Origin: Paramecium tetraurelia
Lineage: Eukaryota
Assembly: GCA_000165425.1 (NCBI GenBank)
Contig: CT868085.1
Span: forward strand, 372,001-436,000
Direction of reading: 5' to 3'
Length of the DNA: 64,000 nt
Position numbers and translations under genes: made by a program. Below the pieces are notes generated by a model. It made no database searches. It was given only the letters and a program-made list of their open reading frames with translations, and was not told where the DNA came from. Within the stretch, counting starts at the first letter, position 1. The number at the start of each line of letters is the position of its first letter. Below, one piece after another: positions 41,653 to 55,888 of this stretch.

Positions 41653-43695
41653 AAACAAAGGCCTATTACAAAACACAAATATAAATAAATGATGACTTAT
41701 ATTACGATCAAGTAATTTTATTTGAAGTTTTCAGTTTTTATTTACTGTCTTGATTACTTTTTTTAAATTATTACCCTCTGGTTTTATTTGGAATGGCAAC
41801 TTTATCAAATCATAATGTTCTTTGATTTATTAATTTCAAAGAACCTAAATTTACAGAATAATCTAAAATAACAATTCCAAGAAAATTATCTTTTTACAAG
41901 ATGTTATCTTTTTATTCATTTGATATGAAGATTCTTCTGATCAATCTTTCCTATGCTGTTACTTTTAACTGATATTTGTAGTCCTTTTTAAAAGATTAAT
42001 AAATTAAAAAAAAATTAACAATATAAGCTCTATTTAAACATTTAACTTTTGTATACTTTTTTTCAATATTATTTATGTCTTAATCAAATTATTCACAACA
42101 TGTTTAAAAATACTATAACCAATATTTGATGCAAGGACAAAAATGATTTATTTATAATTGACCATTTTTAATAATAAAATAAATATGTACTACAAATGAA
42201 GTCTCATTGTCATTGCATATAATCAATATATTTCAGAATATAAATTATTAAAATAAATTCTTTCTTATATCCTTATTGCTATCTCAAATTAGTTAATTAT
42301 TTTTTATTTTTATATAATAAACTGTTCCTTCATTTAATATTATTATTCAAATTATATCTACACTCCTCTATATAAATATATTTTAAAAAAATTAAGCTTA
42401 TTGTGTTTGTAGAATGCAAATAAGGAATTATTAAGTAACTGCATTTTTTATCAATATTTAATGTATATAATTAATCTGAATAATATAAAGAATATAATTA
42501 AATATAACAAAAGAATTGTAATTTCTATGCAAAGATTGAAGCATAATAAGCATTTAATATAATATTTTATTAAAAATAACTCCTACTTTAAATTGTACAG
42601 TGAAAATAAAATGTCCACTAATGTGTAAAATGAAATACCTAACTTCGAAGGAAAATTCACAAGACTAGCATCTCAATTACTAGATTTTAGAAAATGGAGT
42701 AAAATGGATCGCATCATATTTAATTAACTTGATGACCCTTCATTCCTAACTAAATTAATTTAGAATTGATAATTTCATAATTTATATAAACTCAGAAGAA
42801 GTTCATAAGTTTAAAAATAGATTTAACTTTACAAATATTTGAAATGTAATCCATAAATGTTGCTTGCTAATTTCTTAATAATAATTATTCTAATTTTTAT
42901 ATTAATAAATTGACTTTATATTAGATATACAATATAAAATTTCATCATCACGATATCCTCTATAAAGAGCAATATCTTGTAGATTCGTTTTATTTCTTTA
43001 AATAAATCTCTAATTTTGAACATTGTTCATAAAAACAATAAGATAGTATAGGAAAGAAATGTTCAAATTCCTCATTCCCTTAAAGTTGTTTTATTATTAA
43101 AACACAATATCCAAGATGATCATTAATTGTAGACATTTATTGATTTCTCAAAAATAAAATGTTTGACCGTCTTATTATCAACTCATTCAAATTTTATAAT
43201 AAAGCCTAAGAAAAAGCATATTGTGTATCAATCAGTTCAATTTGTTACAGTAAAAATTCGATTGTCGAATCTCTCTAATGCTTCAATTCTTATTTAAAAG
43301 AAGTAGGTAATAGCAATTAAGAATGATTGGATTTATCATTTTCTTAAATCAACAAATTGATTTTTCTTCTATTTGAACAAACTAAACCCATCTTTCTGTA
43401 TGATTTTTAATTTTATAAAATAAACAATGAACTAAGTAAAGAAGTTCTAAATTACATATTGCAAATTCAATTTAGTTACATTATTATATCTAATATGACG
43501 ATTATTCTTTTCATAATTATATTACTTCTATTTCTATTATATAATGCATTTATTTATATCGATATATAATTGTATTTGAATATCATGAGCTTTGATTGAT
43601 TGTTGAAAAATATTAGGTTTATTAAGATATTTAATAAGATTCTAAAAAATATTATTTTATGTTTTTATAAGATAATTAATTATATATTTATATAA

Positions 43696-46247
43696 ATGAA
43701 TTAGTAAAATTAAGGTCCTTCATTTTTAAAGTTGAATATTAAAGAAAAGGCCAATAATAAAGATACCGCAGATTAAATTCAAGAAATTTAGTAAATTAAA
43801 ATTATCAAATAATACCCTCATAATTATTAATAGAATAATGATAATATTAAGTATTTACAATAGGCAACATCACAACTATATTATGCAATGTTTTAAATAA
43901 AGGATAAAAGTAATTTGTAAATGATACCATTTGCTTAAGAGAAATTCGATGAATAGAATTGGCTTTATAAGGCTATTATGAATATCATTAAAGAAAAATA
44001 ATAATTCCTTGATGAACTTAAAGATGAGGAAAAAAACAAATATAAATAGGTATAAATCGAATGTTTATATAAGGCAATCAGTTGGACCGAAAAAATTTTG
44101 GACTAATAAGCAGCGTTTGACGAATTCTATTTATAAATCTTAGAAGTTTATAAATAAATTAAAAGACCATAGAATAACAACTTATTAGTTTTACAGCAAA
44201 ACTAAAACAAAGATTGTAATAAGTTTTTATACCCATTTTGCTTTATTCAAAATTTAAATTTAGAATAAAACTTATAACAATCAATTTAAGAATTAGATGA
44301 TAGAGGCATAATTAATTAAAGTTCAATTCAATCTGAAAATTTTTAAAAGAAAAATTTGTTTCTTAGTGTTGCATCTGACATTCAATAAATAGATATCAAC
44401 TTTTGGACATTTTATTTGAAAGACTATAAAGAAACCAACAAATTAATCATTTTAAATCCTATTACAAGTGTCGAATAGTTAAATAATAATATAAGCAATT
44501 CAGGGGAAGTGAAGCAAAATAATACAAGCTAAGAAAAATTAAAAAATAATACAAGAAATGAAATTATTGTTCCAATCATATATAAGGATCCAGTTTCAGA
44601 CAACCAAATGAAAATAATTTATAATTCAATCCTTGATTCATAGATTAAGAATTTCAAACCCGATTGCATTTATTTAGAATTTTAAATATCAAATGATTTC
44701 AAATTAGATTTCCCTGCTCTAGAATATCTTATTAGAAAACTATAAAGGAATGCAAGATTAACTATTCATTTTAGAATTAGCTTAGACAAAAACGTTTCAG
44801 AATAAGATCTATCACTTTATTTAAATGCAATAATTATGGGACTGTAAGGATTCAGACATCCAGAGAGAAAATTTATAAATGATAATGACTATAAAGGGTT
44901 GGTAGATTGGACATCTAAAATGACGAAATTGAAAGATTACTAAAATAAAAATACCAAATAATCATTCCAAACTACATTACAATAAATTTAAACTTGCCTT
45001 CAAAATACATAAGAAAAAAATTTTGGAATTATATAAGGAAAGGATGAATTTAAATGGTTATAGAAAGATAATTGTAATATTAATTCTTAGCATTTGGTTT
45101 TTGAAAAAAATATTGTGGTTTATGATAAAACATAAAATAAAATTTGGTATAGTAGTTATTCACCTAACCTCATGAACGATAATTCTGAAGGTGTTCCTTT
45201 AAAACTTTAATTGTATATATTAAATTTAATCTAAGCTAAGTGATCGGAGATGATGATCATGAAAATCCTATAGAACCCAGTATAATAGAGCTAAAAAATC
45301 ATTTGATTATTGCCTATGGGCACACTCAAAATGATAAACATTTTTCGGATAAAATATGGAGATGCGATTTACAAAATAAAGACTATAGACCTATTGAAAT
45401 GAATCGTAATGAGGAATACTAATAATTTAGACATACTTACTATTAAAAATTTAAAGATTCAAATGAGATTGTAAATAAAATTAAATGGAGAAGGGCTCCA
45501 TAAATTTGTAAGAACAATTTGTTTTAAGATAACGAAAACTTTTTATCTTTCCTACTCATAGGAGGGGAAACTCTAGTGTAAGAAAAGGATGGGTAATCCA
45601 ATCCTAATCTAATAATGAATATAATAGAAGTTGTGATTTTGAATCTGCAAGATAATAAATTTTGCTCTTTCATCTTGAATAAATAATCATAAGGTAAATT
45701 TTCTTCTTTAAAACCTTGGCCATATTAAACTGTTCTTGAAGGAAAATTAAATAATGCATGTTTTTATTTGATTTTAAATGGAAATTAAAATATGAGGAAA
45801 AATTATTACTCTTTTCCAAAAAACCCACAATATCTTAAGTAAGTATAGCTCATAGTTTAATCAGAAAGTTCATTCTAACTTTTCTTCCCATATATAAAAT
45901 TTACAGAAGATTTGATAATCTAAATAGACGAACTAATTGATGATTGTAAAGTTTAATATTTTGATGAAGAGTCAAGTGGGGAAAATTGTTTTGTGTGGAA
46001 ACTTTTAATCACTAGATATGTTTTCAATGAATTTTCATTACCAAACCATCCCTTATTTAAGAAATTTGAAGAAAAATTGAAAAAGATGTAGTAATAGAGT
46101 ATTCAGCATTGTTTGGTGTGCTTTTAAGTATCTGTTAAACTGAAATTATAAGTTTCAGAATAAAATCCTTAAAATTACTAAGACTCTATTGTAGAAATAG
46201 AATATGAGAAAATCGAAGTTTTGCAGTAAAATAATAATAACAATTGA
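43696..46247 (+). CDS. Large hypothetical protein with possible Kelch-like beta-propeller C-terminus
   Basis: Long code-6 frame with a short intron near 45212; propeller-like segments PSIIELKNHLIIAYGH...IWRCDL and FLLIGGE. Confidence 0.7.
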
Positions 46248-47035
46248 TTTTAAATATATTTTTTTTGTTTGGGATATTAATAAAGTTTTACCATCTATAT
46301 TTATAAAATTTACTCTATTTTTTAAAACAAAGCCTCCTCTTTTAGTATTTAGATATTATTCAAATTATCATTAAATAATCTAGAAGTTGTTTAATTGGAT
46401 TTGTAGAATTTAATTTCTTTTAAACTAGAATAAATAATAAATACTATCTTAATTAAGAGGAATGTTTCTTATAAACTTAGAGGATTGAGTATAGTTCAAG
46501 GATTTGAGTTAATATTGGCCATCATCTTTCTTTATTTATTAATGACTCTCTTTTCATTTTCTCTCAAAATAATGATAATCTAAAATTCCATTGTAATTCG
46601 AGATTTATTTTTATATTTCTACATAATTTTTAATAGAATATTCTATTAAATTTGGATTATTTATGCCTAATTTATTTCTTTTTTGTTTATTCATCTCGTC
46701 ATCCAATTTTTTCATATCATCAATGAATTACTTTTGATATTAGATTTTACTTTTTAAGCCAGTTAACCATTTCATACAAAATTATTGGTTTATTGTAGTT
46801 TATTCAGCTTAATTATATGATCGATGTATTGAATGACCTAAGAGATATAATTAGATATTCGAAGCATCTTTAAACATAAAATAAAAAATATATGTATAAC
46901 ATTTGCTGATTCCTATGAAAAATTAAATTTTATTAAAAAATAATTATGCTCTAACTGGAACTGTCAGTATTTATTTTTAACTTGTTAGATGATAGCTGAT
47001 GTGAGATTGATTATTATTTGTAAGATTAAATTTTA

Positions 47036-48542
47036 TCATTATTCAAAATATTTTATTCTCTCTTTTTCTTCTTCTGTAATATCATCAACTACTTACTCCT
47101 CTACCTAAACTTAAGCTGGCCACGATCTAACCATTATAGGTCTTCCAGTTCTTTTATGAACAACTTATTCTTTTTATTGCTCCTTTTGCTTTTTCTGTTG
47201 ATCTAATAAATCTTGCTCTTATTTCATTTACTTAACTATATCTTTTCTAGCCTTAATACAATTCTTTTCTTTTTCTAATACTAGCTCTGGAGCTATTTAT
47301 CTAAACATTTTCAAATCATTTATTCTCTATTCTAAAAGTTTTTCAGTCTCTTTAAGCATTTCAATCCCTGTAATATCTTTTCTTGGTTCAACATTAACAT
47401 CAGATCTGTATATTTTAGCAATTTAGTTTTCTAAATTTTTTAAAGGTTCAAAAACTTCGCTATCACTTCTTATAGCTTTAAGTGCTTTGATTTAATCATT
47501 CACTTAATCAATTTATTTCAAGAATTCAGTTTTTGTTTGTAAAGCAGTTTTTAATTTATCTTCTAAGGTTTTAACCTTTTGATTATATTTATTTCTTAAA
47601 TCTTCCACCATTTATTCTCTTTCCTTTGTATTTCCAATAAGGAATAAATTTTTTTCTTCCAATTACTAGAATATTTCTTCCAATTATTTTGGTTAAGTAA
47701 AATATGTTACTTATTCATCATCTGAATCATTCAATAGTTATTATAATTCATTATTCATTTAATTATTTTGATTATTTCTTGATAAAACAACCTACTATTG
47801 CTATTATTATTATTTTGGTTGCTTTTACTTCATTTGAAATTCCTTTGGAGTAATCTTATCTAAGAACTTTTTATATTTTAAAAGATCTTCTAAATTATCA
47901 ATTTTCTATTAGATTTTAGTCATTAGATCTGTCCTGTGTTCTTATAAAGCTTTGATTTCATTATTTTTTTCTTACTTTACTTTAGTCTCCTTTTCTGCTT
48001 CTTTAATAGCTTCTCTTGAACTCATCTTATTTTGCTCCAAAAATTTATTAAATAAATCCACATCTTCTTCTATAAGTTATTCGCTTTTTTCTAAACCCAA
48101 TCTATGTAACTTAGTCAATTTCTCAAATTCATCAATCATGCCTCTCTTATGATCAATCAACATCTAAAATAGCAGCATTTCTCGTTTTTTATCAATAAAT
48201 TGATACATAGGTTCTTTTTATCGAACTCTATTCTTAACTGCGTTGTCAGCTGCATCAATAATGTTTCTTAAATCAATCATATCAATACATCTTTGCATTA
48301 TATTCCTTGTCATTCTTATCTTCTTCTTTGCCAATTTCATTAATTTCCCTTATACTCAATTTTCCTTTCGACTTTATACCTTTTTCGTGAACTCTAAGAT
48401 TTTGAAACTTGATTCTTTCTTCCATTTTGATTTACTTTTCTTTTTCTTTCATTTTGAAGATTTCATATTCATCAGGAACATAAAACGGGTTTTCAATACT
48501 TTAATTTAATCTATCCTATATCTTTGGAAGCTATTATGCCAT
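47036..48542 (-). CDS. CFAP100: CFAP100/CCDC37-like (DUF4200) axonemal coiled-coil protein
   Basis: ENPFYVP, KEPMYQFIDKKREMLLFQM, IEEDVDLFNKFLEQN, YKKFLDKITP, YFTQPKQLEEIFQQLEEKNLFLI and KRTGRPIMVRS; one 22-nt intron. Confidence 0.82.
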
Positions 48543-49786
48543 TTATAATTAATTTTTAATAATAAGAATATTGCTTTTGTAATAATATAATCGATTATTG
48601 AGAAAGCATGTTTAATGATGGTCATAACCAACTTAGAGGTATTGAAAATACACCCAAAATCAACTTAAATTGTTAAAGAATCAATAGAAAAATATATGAA
48701 TTAAACAAGAGATTTATGTTTTCTTAATGCAAGGGAATTACCTATACTATTTTTGCATTTAAATTCTTTATAAATAGTTATAATGTTTAAGATAGAAGAA
48801 TTTCCTCAAAAGAATCTAAAACCTTAGATATATATATTAATTTAAGAGAATAAATTAGATTAGTAAAGTCACTCAATTAATTTTATTCTGCCTACTCCCT
48901 TATTTTTTGTAATCTTTACTTTGATAAAAGTAATTTAAATAAAGAGTTTATAAGTTTATGTATATCAGTAAATTTGTTGGAAGATCTTATTCTTTTTTCT
49001 AAGTAAATCATTTAGGAATGATTAAAATTACATTGAGTATAATAATAAAAATTTGCACCGGTAGATGCATTCGGGTTTTGAAGATTATTAAATTATCCAA
49101 TAAAGTTCTCATCGTCATATCTCGTAAAGGTGCATAAAGTTCGACACACCCTTAATTGTTATTATTCATAATCCTGGAAGTTGTCACACACAACTAAATA
49201 GATTAACTAAAAATATTTCAGATATTTAATATAGGTAATTAAAGTCTAAATTAGTTGTGGATGGTTCTAACTGACCAGTAAAAGTAAATATTTTATATTC
49301 TAAAAATCATGGATCATTTTTAGAACTAATATTAAATATATTGTTAAATTGTTGTTATAAAATAGTATTTCTTAATTTATTCATAGTTTAGTAAAATAAT
49401 TGACAGTATAAACATTATTAAATTGTATTTCCATATAACTCTATATTTTACATAAAAAAATCAAAAAAAAACATATTTTCACAAGAGCAATACCTGATTT
49501 AACAAAGTTCTTCCTCTTTATATCCAGGTGAGTGATATTTCAAAAATGGATCTCATTTGTGATATTTCAAAAAGGGATGTCTTAAATAATTCAATAGGAT
49601 AATAGTGAAATAATTTAATAAAAAAATGATTATGATTTTTTACTGAGATACGAATTGAAATGACGATGAAATAATTAATTTATCAATAAACGAGTTATTA
49701 ATTTTACAACAGTTTTCTATTTTCTATATTTCAATTCAAGAATAATAAATTATAGTTATTTTAGTTATTATATTATTAATATTTAC

Positions 49787-51042
49787 ATGTCTGCTAAGGA
49801 TTTATTGATTTAATTATTTGGATTGCCTAAAGGAGAAATCATCTTTTAAGATTATTCTTGCGCTTTAAAAGGGTTAATTTCAAAATATGGAAGAGTATTT
49901 GTAGCAGAAAATCACATTTGCTTTTATGCAAACCTCGCAGGAAGCAAAACAAATTTAGTGATTAAATTAGATGATATTTCTAAATTGGAAAGTAAAAATA
50001 AGAGTGATATTGATATAACTTTAAAGGATGGCAGAATATTTTGTTTCAATGGTTTTCATGATAAAGATTAAGTATACAATTTAATGAATGCTTTAATATC
50101 TGGATAGCCATTATCAAATTAATAGACAATATAAACTACTACAGATAGTGCTCGAGATGATGATTCCTAAATAGAAAATGCTGAAGTAGAAATCTAATTC
50201 CTCTAAGCAGGAGCATCCATGGATTAAGAGATGTGCAAATTTACATTTTCATTTAATTTAGATAAATTTTTTGAATTCTTTTTTGCAGATGATGCTCTTG
50301 TGTATTCAATTGCAGATCATAGATAATCTGAAAAAGATACAGATATTTAATTATCTAAATGGACTCCAATGGAAGATAATCCAGCAATGTTTCAGAGAGA
50401 AATGAAAAATGTTATTAAGTTAACAGGAGTACCTTTCAAAGATAAAAGTAGAATGCATAAGCTTTTTACTTACAAAAAAGAGGCAGATAAAATAATTTAT
50501 ACTTGTACTACTCACACTTTAGATGTTCCTTATGGAAATTGTTTTTAGGCTGAAGAAAAATGGGAAGTATCATCTTTAGAGGATAATAAATGTTTATTGA
50601 AAATATTTGCTTCAGTTGTATTTACAAAATCCACAATGATGAAAGGCACTATTATGAGTAAAACAATGTCTGGGTTAAAGGAAGATTATGAAAAATGGAT
50701 TAACAATGTTAAAATTAAATTAGAGGCGATGGCAAAATCATAAAAATCATAAGCATCCAACATCAATCATGAATTTGAGGAGTAAATATTATATCTTACA
50801 TTAGCTCTAAAAAATTAGATGATAATATTTTAAACAAAATAATGTAAACAAATTAATCTCAATAATAAAAGTTAAATACTTCCCAAAGCTAATTTTATTA
50901 AGGGAGAAAATCGGAATTACTTTATTTATTATCCATATTTCTTTTAATTATAATAATGCTCATTTAAATAGGGATTTTAAATAAATAATCATAAAAACTT
51001 GAAAACTTAGAATAGTTGGTATTACAATTATAATAAAGATGA
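49787..51042 (+). CDS. GRAM plus VASt (StART-like) sterol transfer protein, LAM/GRAMD1/VAD1 family
   Basis: FGLPKGEIIFQDYSCAL...YGRVFVAENHICFYAN (GRAM); THTLDVPYGNCFQAEEKW (VASt); C-terminal TM LLYLLSIFLLIIIMLI. Confidence 0.88.
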
Positions 51043-51072
51043 TATGTATTATTTAATATTTTGATTACTTAA

Positions 51073-52096
51073 TCATTCTATAACTTCTCCTTCTGTTGTT
51101 TCTTCAGTTATTTCTTCTGTTGTCTCTTCTGTAGTTTCTTCTGTTGTCTCCTCTGTTGTTTCTTCTGCAGTCTCTTCTGTTGCTTCTTCTCCTCCTTTTT
51201 CAGTTGTTTCTTGTGTTGTTTCTTCTTCTCCTTGAGTAGTTTCATCAGCTGTTTCAGTAGTCTCTTCTGACACTTCTTCTTCGCCTGCTTCCCCTGTTTC
51301 GGCATTTGAAGTTTATTCATTTGAAGATGAATCTTCGCTTGATGATTTTGATGAGCTTTCGTGTGATTCTACTTTTGCTTTCGATTCTGAATTACTTTAG
51401 CCAGCTGCTTAAGTGGTTTCAGTGGTTGTTTATCCTTTATGATGATGATGAATAGTAATTTCATGAGTTTCATCATCTTAAGATGTCACTTTGACACCAG
51501 TTTAAGCTCCATTACTTGTGCATCCTCCTCTTATTATTTCGAGATCCTTAATTTATCCTTTGATCTTGATGACTGTAATTGGAGTGCTTCTGCATTATTA
51601 TTTACAATTATTAAGACTATTAATATATTCTCTCAATAATTTACATAATTCCTTTTTAGCTGCTGCTCTATCTTCATGATCTATAATAATTATTTTATTT
51701 ATACTTACTTTCAGAATCTAAGGCATGGCATTATTCCCTTAAGGCCTTAACTTGACTGAGACCAATTTGGCTTTTTGTGAGAGGTAATTCTAATTTGTGT
51801 AATTTTTTTAGCAACTTCTTTCCTGAAACAGAGACTTATGCTTCTAAGAAAGAATGATGTTTTGTTGTTAACATTTTTTCCATTTATTCAAGGATCTTGA
51901 TATCATGAGAAACTGCTTTTTGATGAACTAACAAATCTTCCCATTGCTTCATTTATTTTTCTACAAAAGAAAATTAATCAGATCTTGAGCAATCCATTGT
52001 TTTAACATTAAAATTGGCCAATTCTTCCAAAGACATCATTTACTCAGTGAATGCAAAGGCACTCAAAGCCAAAACCAATAAAATCAAAGCTTTCAT
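51073..52096 (-). CDS. Secreted protein with acidic Thr/Glu repeat tail
   Basis: Signal peptide MKALILLVLALSAFA, Cys-containing helical core, C-terminal (EETT)n; one short intron near 51685-51709. Confidence 0.85.
51086..51265 (-). repeat. 12-bp coding tandem repeat encoding EETT/TTEE
   Basis: Repeated TCTTCTGTTGT(T/C)-like units on the + strand. Confidence 0.85.
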
Positions 52097-54828
52097 TAAA
52101 AATAATATTCATAAAAACGAATTCACAATATTCCTTCTTAAATTATTTATTTAAAATATCAACATCTATAAAATAATAAAGATTTTAAACAAATGACATG
52201 AAGTCATAATCAGTGTTATTATCTCATTTAATTTTAAAATAAATTCTAAATTTTTAACACAACAATAATGATTGATTTTCTAATGAAATAATTAGCTATA
52301 GATTTGAATAAATATGTCTTTTTAATATGAAGGATTTTCTTGAATTCGAATAGTTTGTCTCACAAAAATAATTTAGTTATAATAATCTACTTCAAATTCA
52401 TTTTTATTTCTGATTAAAATTGGTAGATATTAAAAAGAAAGCATATTTGTAGAAATTAATGGAAACTATTTTAATAAGAAAGAAAATACAAAAAGCTAGA
52501 ATAAATTTGATAAATATTTTTTAGTTTAAAATTAGGCTTGATATCATTCACCTTATTTAAGTATCCAATCCCAAGAAATATCTGTTTCAACTAACCAATC
52601 CTTAGAAGTAAATGGTAAACCATCTATTCCAGTTCCCTGAATATCCTTTTCATATTCTTCATATTTTAATGTGATAGTAAATTAAAGGGATACTAATGTT
52701 CCATTCGAAACATCATGATGTATTAGCTTACCTTTGTTTTAGTTTTATTTTACATCTTAAGAAATGTTTTAGCGATTTTTTTGTTTATCTAATTATTCAT
52801 TTTTGCTGTCTTTTCTAATTTAGGTTTTTTATGGAATTTAATTAAATTTTGATGTTTTATCAATTAACTTCAAATTTTTTAATTTGATAAAATTAGTAAA
52901 AACTGCTTTCCATTGCCATTTATTGATTTTTGATTACTAAATTTCCATCCAATTCACATCTTAATTCATCATCTCCAAAATATTAAGACGATATTTAGAG
53001 CTTTTGGGAATCTTATATCGAATATCGAGGAAAATAGTTGTTTAGGTTTATTTCAAAAATATAACCAACTGTGCTTTTGTAACATTAGAAGGATTAAGCA
53101 TTGCCTCATAATAATTATTTTTTGTCTAATTAAAGGGTCTTAAAATTAAATAGGCACATTTTATTTCCTTGAATTAGCCTATGTTTGTTATTGGTAAAAC
53201 TAATTAATACGGAGATGGCTTAAGAGACCCTTTAAATGGGTTTAATGATCTTCTGATATATTTAGAGTAAAATAACTTCTTTTGTAGGTTAACAAAAATG
53301 TATTAAATTAAATTCACAGGTTTAAAGGAACTATTTATAAATAAAAAGTTACTCAATTAATTCACCACCAAATATACTATAAATATCATAATCTTTAACA
53401 CCCTCTTAAATGTGTGACTAATAACAAACTGTTTAGCCAATAATTTTTTATTACTTATCAGATATCTTATCAGGTTTTTCAATAGGTTGCTCGAAAAATT
53501 TGTCATTATATTGTTCCCTATTGTCTTACTCTCTCTTAATCTTATCCCAATCTTAATTCTCTAAAGAATAAATCCAAATAACGTCCGTTTCATCTTACTT
53601 TAAATTTTCTTGATTTTCAAAGATTGGAAAAGCAAATAAAATATAAGATTAGTTTATTATTACTACTGCATTTTTCATTTTCCCTTATAATTTTTTGTTT
53701 ACCTTAAATTTAGTACTAGTTGATATTTACTAATTATTACAAATTAAATGTTTCATATTCAAAATAATTTTGGTCTCTGATATACTCTTTTAAATTTGTA
53801 AAATCATAATAATAGAACTATTAATTATTAAAATCTAATAAAATAATCAGTTTGTGTTAATATGAAATGACACATCTCTAAAACTCTATTGTGTTATTTT
53901 CTTCGTCCTTATAATCGATAAAATGGTTCTTATTCTTCCCCATTAAAATAATTTTATACTGTTTTTTTAAATCTTTCAATTTTTATAACTATTTATTCAA
54001 GAAAAAAAATTAGATTTACATATAATTCTTAAGTTAAATTTAGTTTAAAGAATCAATTATAAGTTTTATACTCTTTATATCTTTATCTAATTTCAATAAT
54101 GTTTTCTATGTTATACATTAAACTCCTGAGAGTCCAAACAAACAAGCATTAACTGTTCTCATAAAGTCTAATGTTGAATTTTCTAAATCTTAATTAGTAG
54201 CATTATATTTAATATAAATTACAACTGTACTAATCTTCTTTAGTTTTCTTACAAATTTAGACAAAGCAGTCAACTCAATTGAAAATTCTTTAGTGTTTTA
54301 TACATGTACATAAATAACTGTTGGTTTGAATTATATAAGCTTATTCTTGATATGATAATTAAAAATGAATTTCATCTCGAATTCTGAGATACTATTATTA
54401 TAATATGGAATAGTTGTTTATCTATTACATTACTTTAAGGGTTAATGTTGTCCGTTTCCATTATAAATTGAAAAGTATAAATAAAAACTTTAGTAATAGT
54501 AATTAATGTCTTAAAAGAAAAACAAGTTTTCTTAAGTTTCACTGCCTGTTAGGTTTATGTAGGCAAATTTGGGGAATTCTAAAATGATGTTCTCTTCATA
54601 ATCTTTGTCTTTAATAATAAAAATACCTTTACAAAACATAGATTAAAGTATTGATGCGCAATGCGATAACTGATTATATTGAGGGTGGAAATTTTATTGT
54701 AATAGAATTACACCAAATTGACTTTAAAACAAATACTAGTTTTATCTATATCGTTTATTACCTAAGTAAAAATCTAATGAAGCTGATAGACCTATTATCT
54801 TAAATCTTAAGTATCATCATCCATTAAA

Positions 54829-55888
54829 TCATCCAGGAATGTAAGCGCTCTCTAATTTTGATCTTTTAGCCATTAAGCCATTTTTTTCAATTATCTTTCT
54901 TTGTAAAAATTGGAAGTCACTCAACTTTTGAAAGAATTTCCTATCAACGAAGCAATACTATGAAAAAGTAATGTTGGTTCGTCTTTTCTTTAATGATTCA
55001 TCTTTATTCAAATTTTATTGATCATTTTTATTTCTCTTTTAAAATATTTTGGGTACTTCTAAATTTGATAGTTCGTCTTCATTCAATTTTTAAAGGTATT
55101 TGAATAGATTTAATTTTTATGGATCATCTTTGATTAAATTTTTAATTGTTATGGATGCATCTAGTTTTTATAGTTGTTAATCATTCATCTTTTCAAAATA
55201 ATTAGCTAGATCAAACATTGAAGGATCATTTTTTATCCACTTTTATATTATTTTAGGTATTCCTAACTTAAATGATTCGTCTTTATTCAACTTTTAAAGA
55301 CATTTGATTAAAACAAACCAATTTCTATCACCTTTGATCCACTTTTGAAGTATTTGAGGTACATCTAATTTTAATAGTTCTTCTGGCTCCAATTTATCAA
55401 GATATTAAACAAGATCTAATTGCTTCGGACTTTATTGAATCAACACTTAAAGTGTTTCGGGCACATTTAATTTTTTTAGTTGCTCTTCATTCAGTTTTTA
55501 AAGATATTTGACTGGATCTAATTTTTACTTATCACCATTGCCCAACAATGAAAGTATTTTGTCTACATCTAATTTTGATAGTTCTTTTTCGATATATTTG
55601 AACTCTTAATATAATTATCACATTCTTTTTACCTGCATATTTTTATTTAACTAAATAAATTGAATAGTATATTAGGTTCTGTGAATCACATATGCTCCTT
55701 TATATATTCTAATTAAGTTCATTTTAATGAGATCCTTATTAATGCTTGAAATTAAAAATGGCTTGTTTTATGACAACAGTATAGACTTTTTTTTTATTCT
55801 AAATCTTTTCCTCTTCTACTATGTGTTTTCCATTCAACTTATACGCATAATTTCTCTCTTACTTCATTTCTTTTAATTCATTTGTCAT
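54829..55888 (-). CDS. Protein with five to six 34-aa tandem repeats; probably the 5' part of a longer frameshifted gene extending to ~54050
   Basis: Starts MTNELKEMK; 28-nt intron; repeats with consensus P.KLDL.KYLQKLNE.EL.KLDVP.IL.KWIK.D; coding-like sequence continues in other frames after the TGA. Confidence 0.55.

Noticed and set aside
47952..48509. Hydrophobic + strand ORFs in the track, and similar antisense ORFs over DNA-PKcs and MPST
   Set aside because: These are antisense shadows of real genes on the opposite strand.
51086..51265. CRISPR-like or non-coding minisatellite
   Set aside because: No spacers; it is an in-frame coding repeat for EETT.
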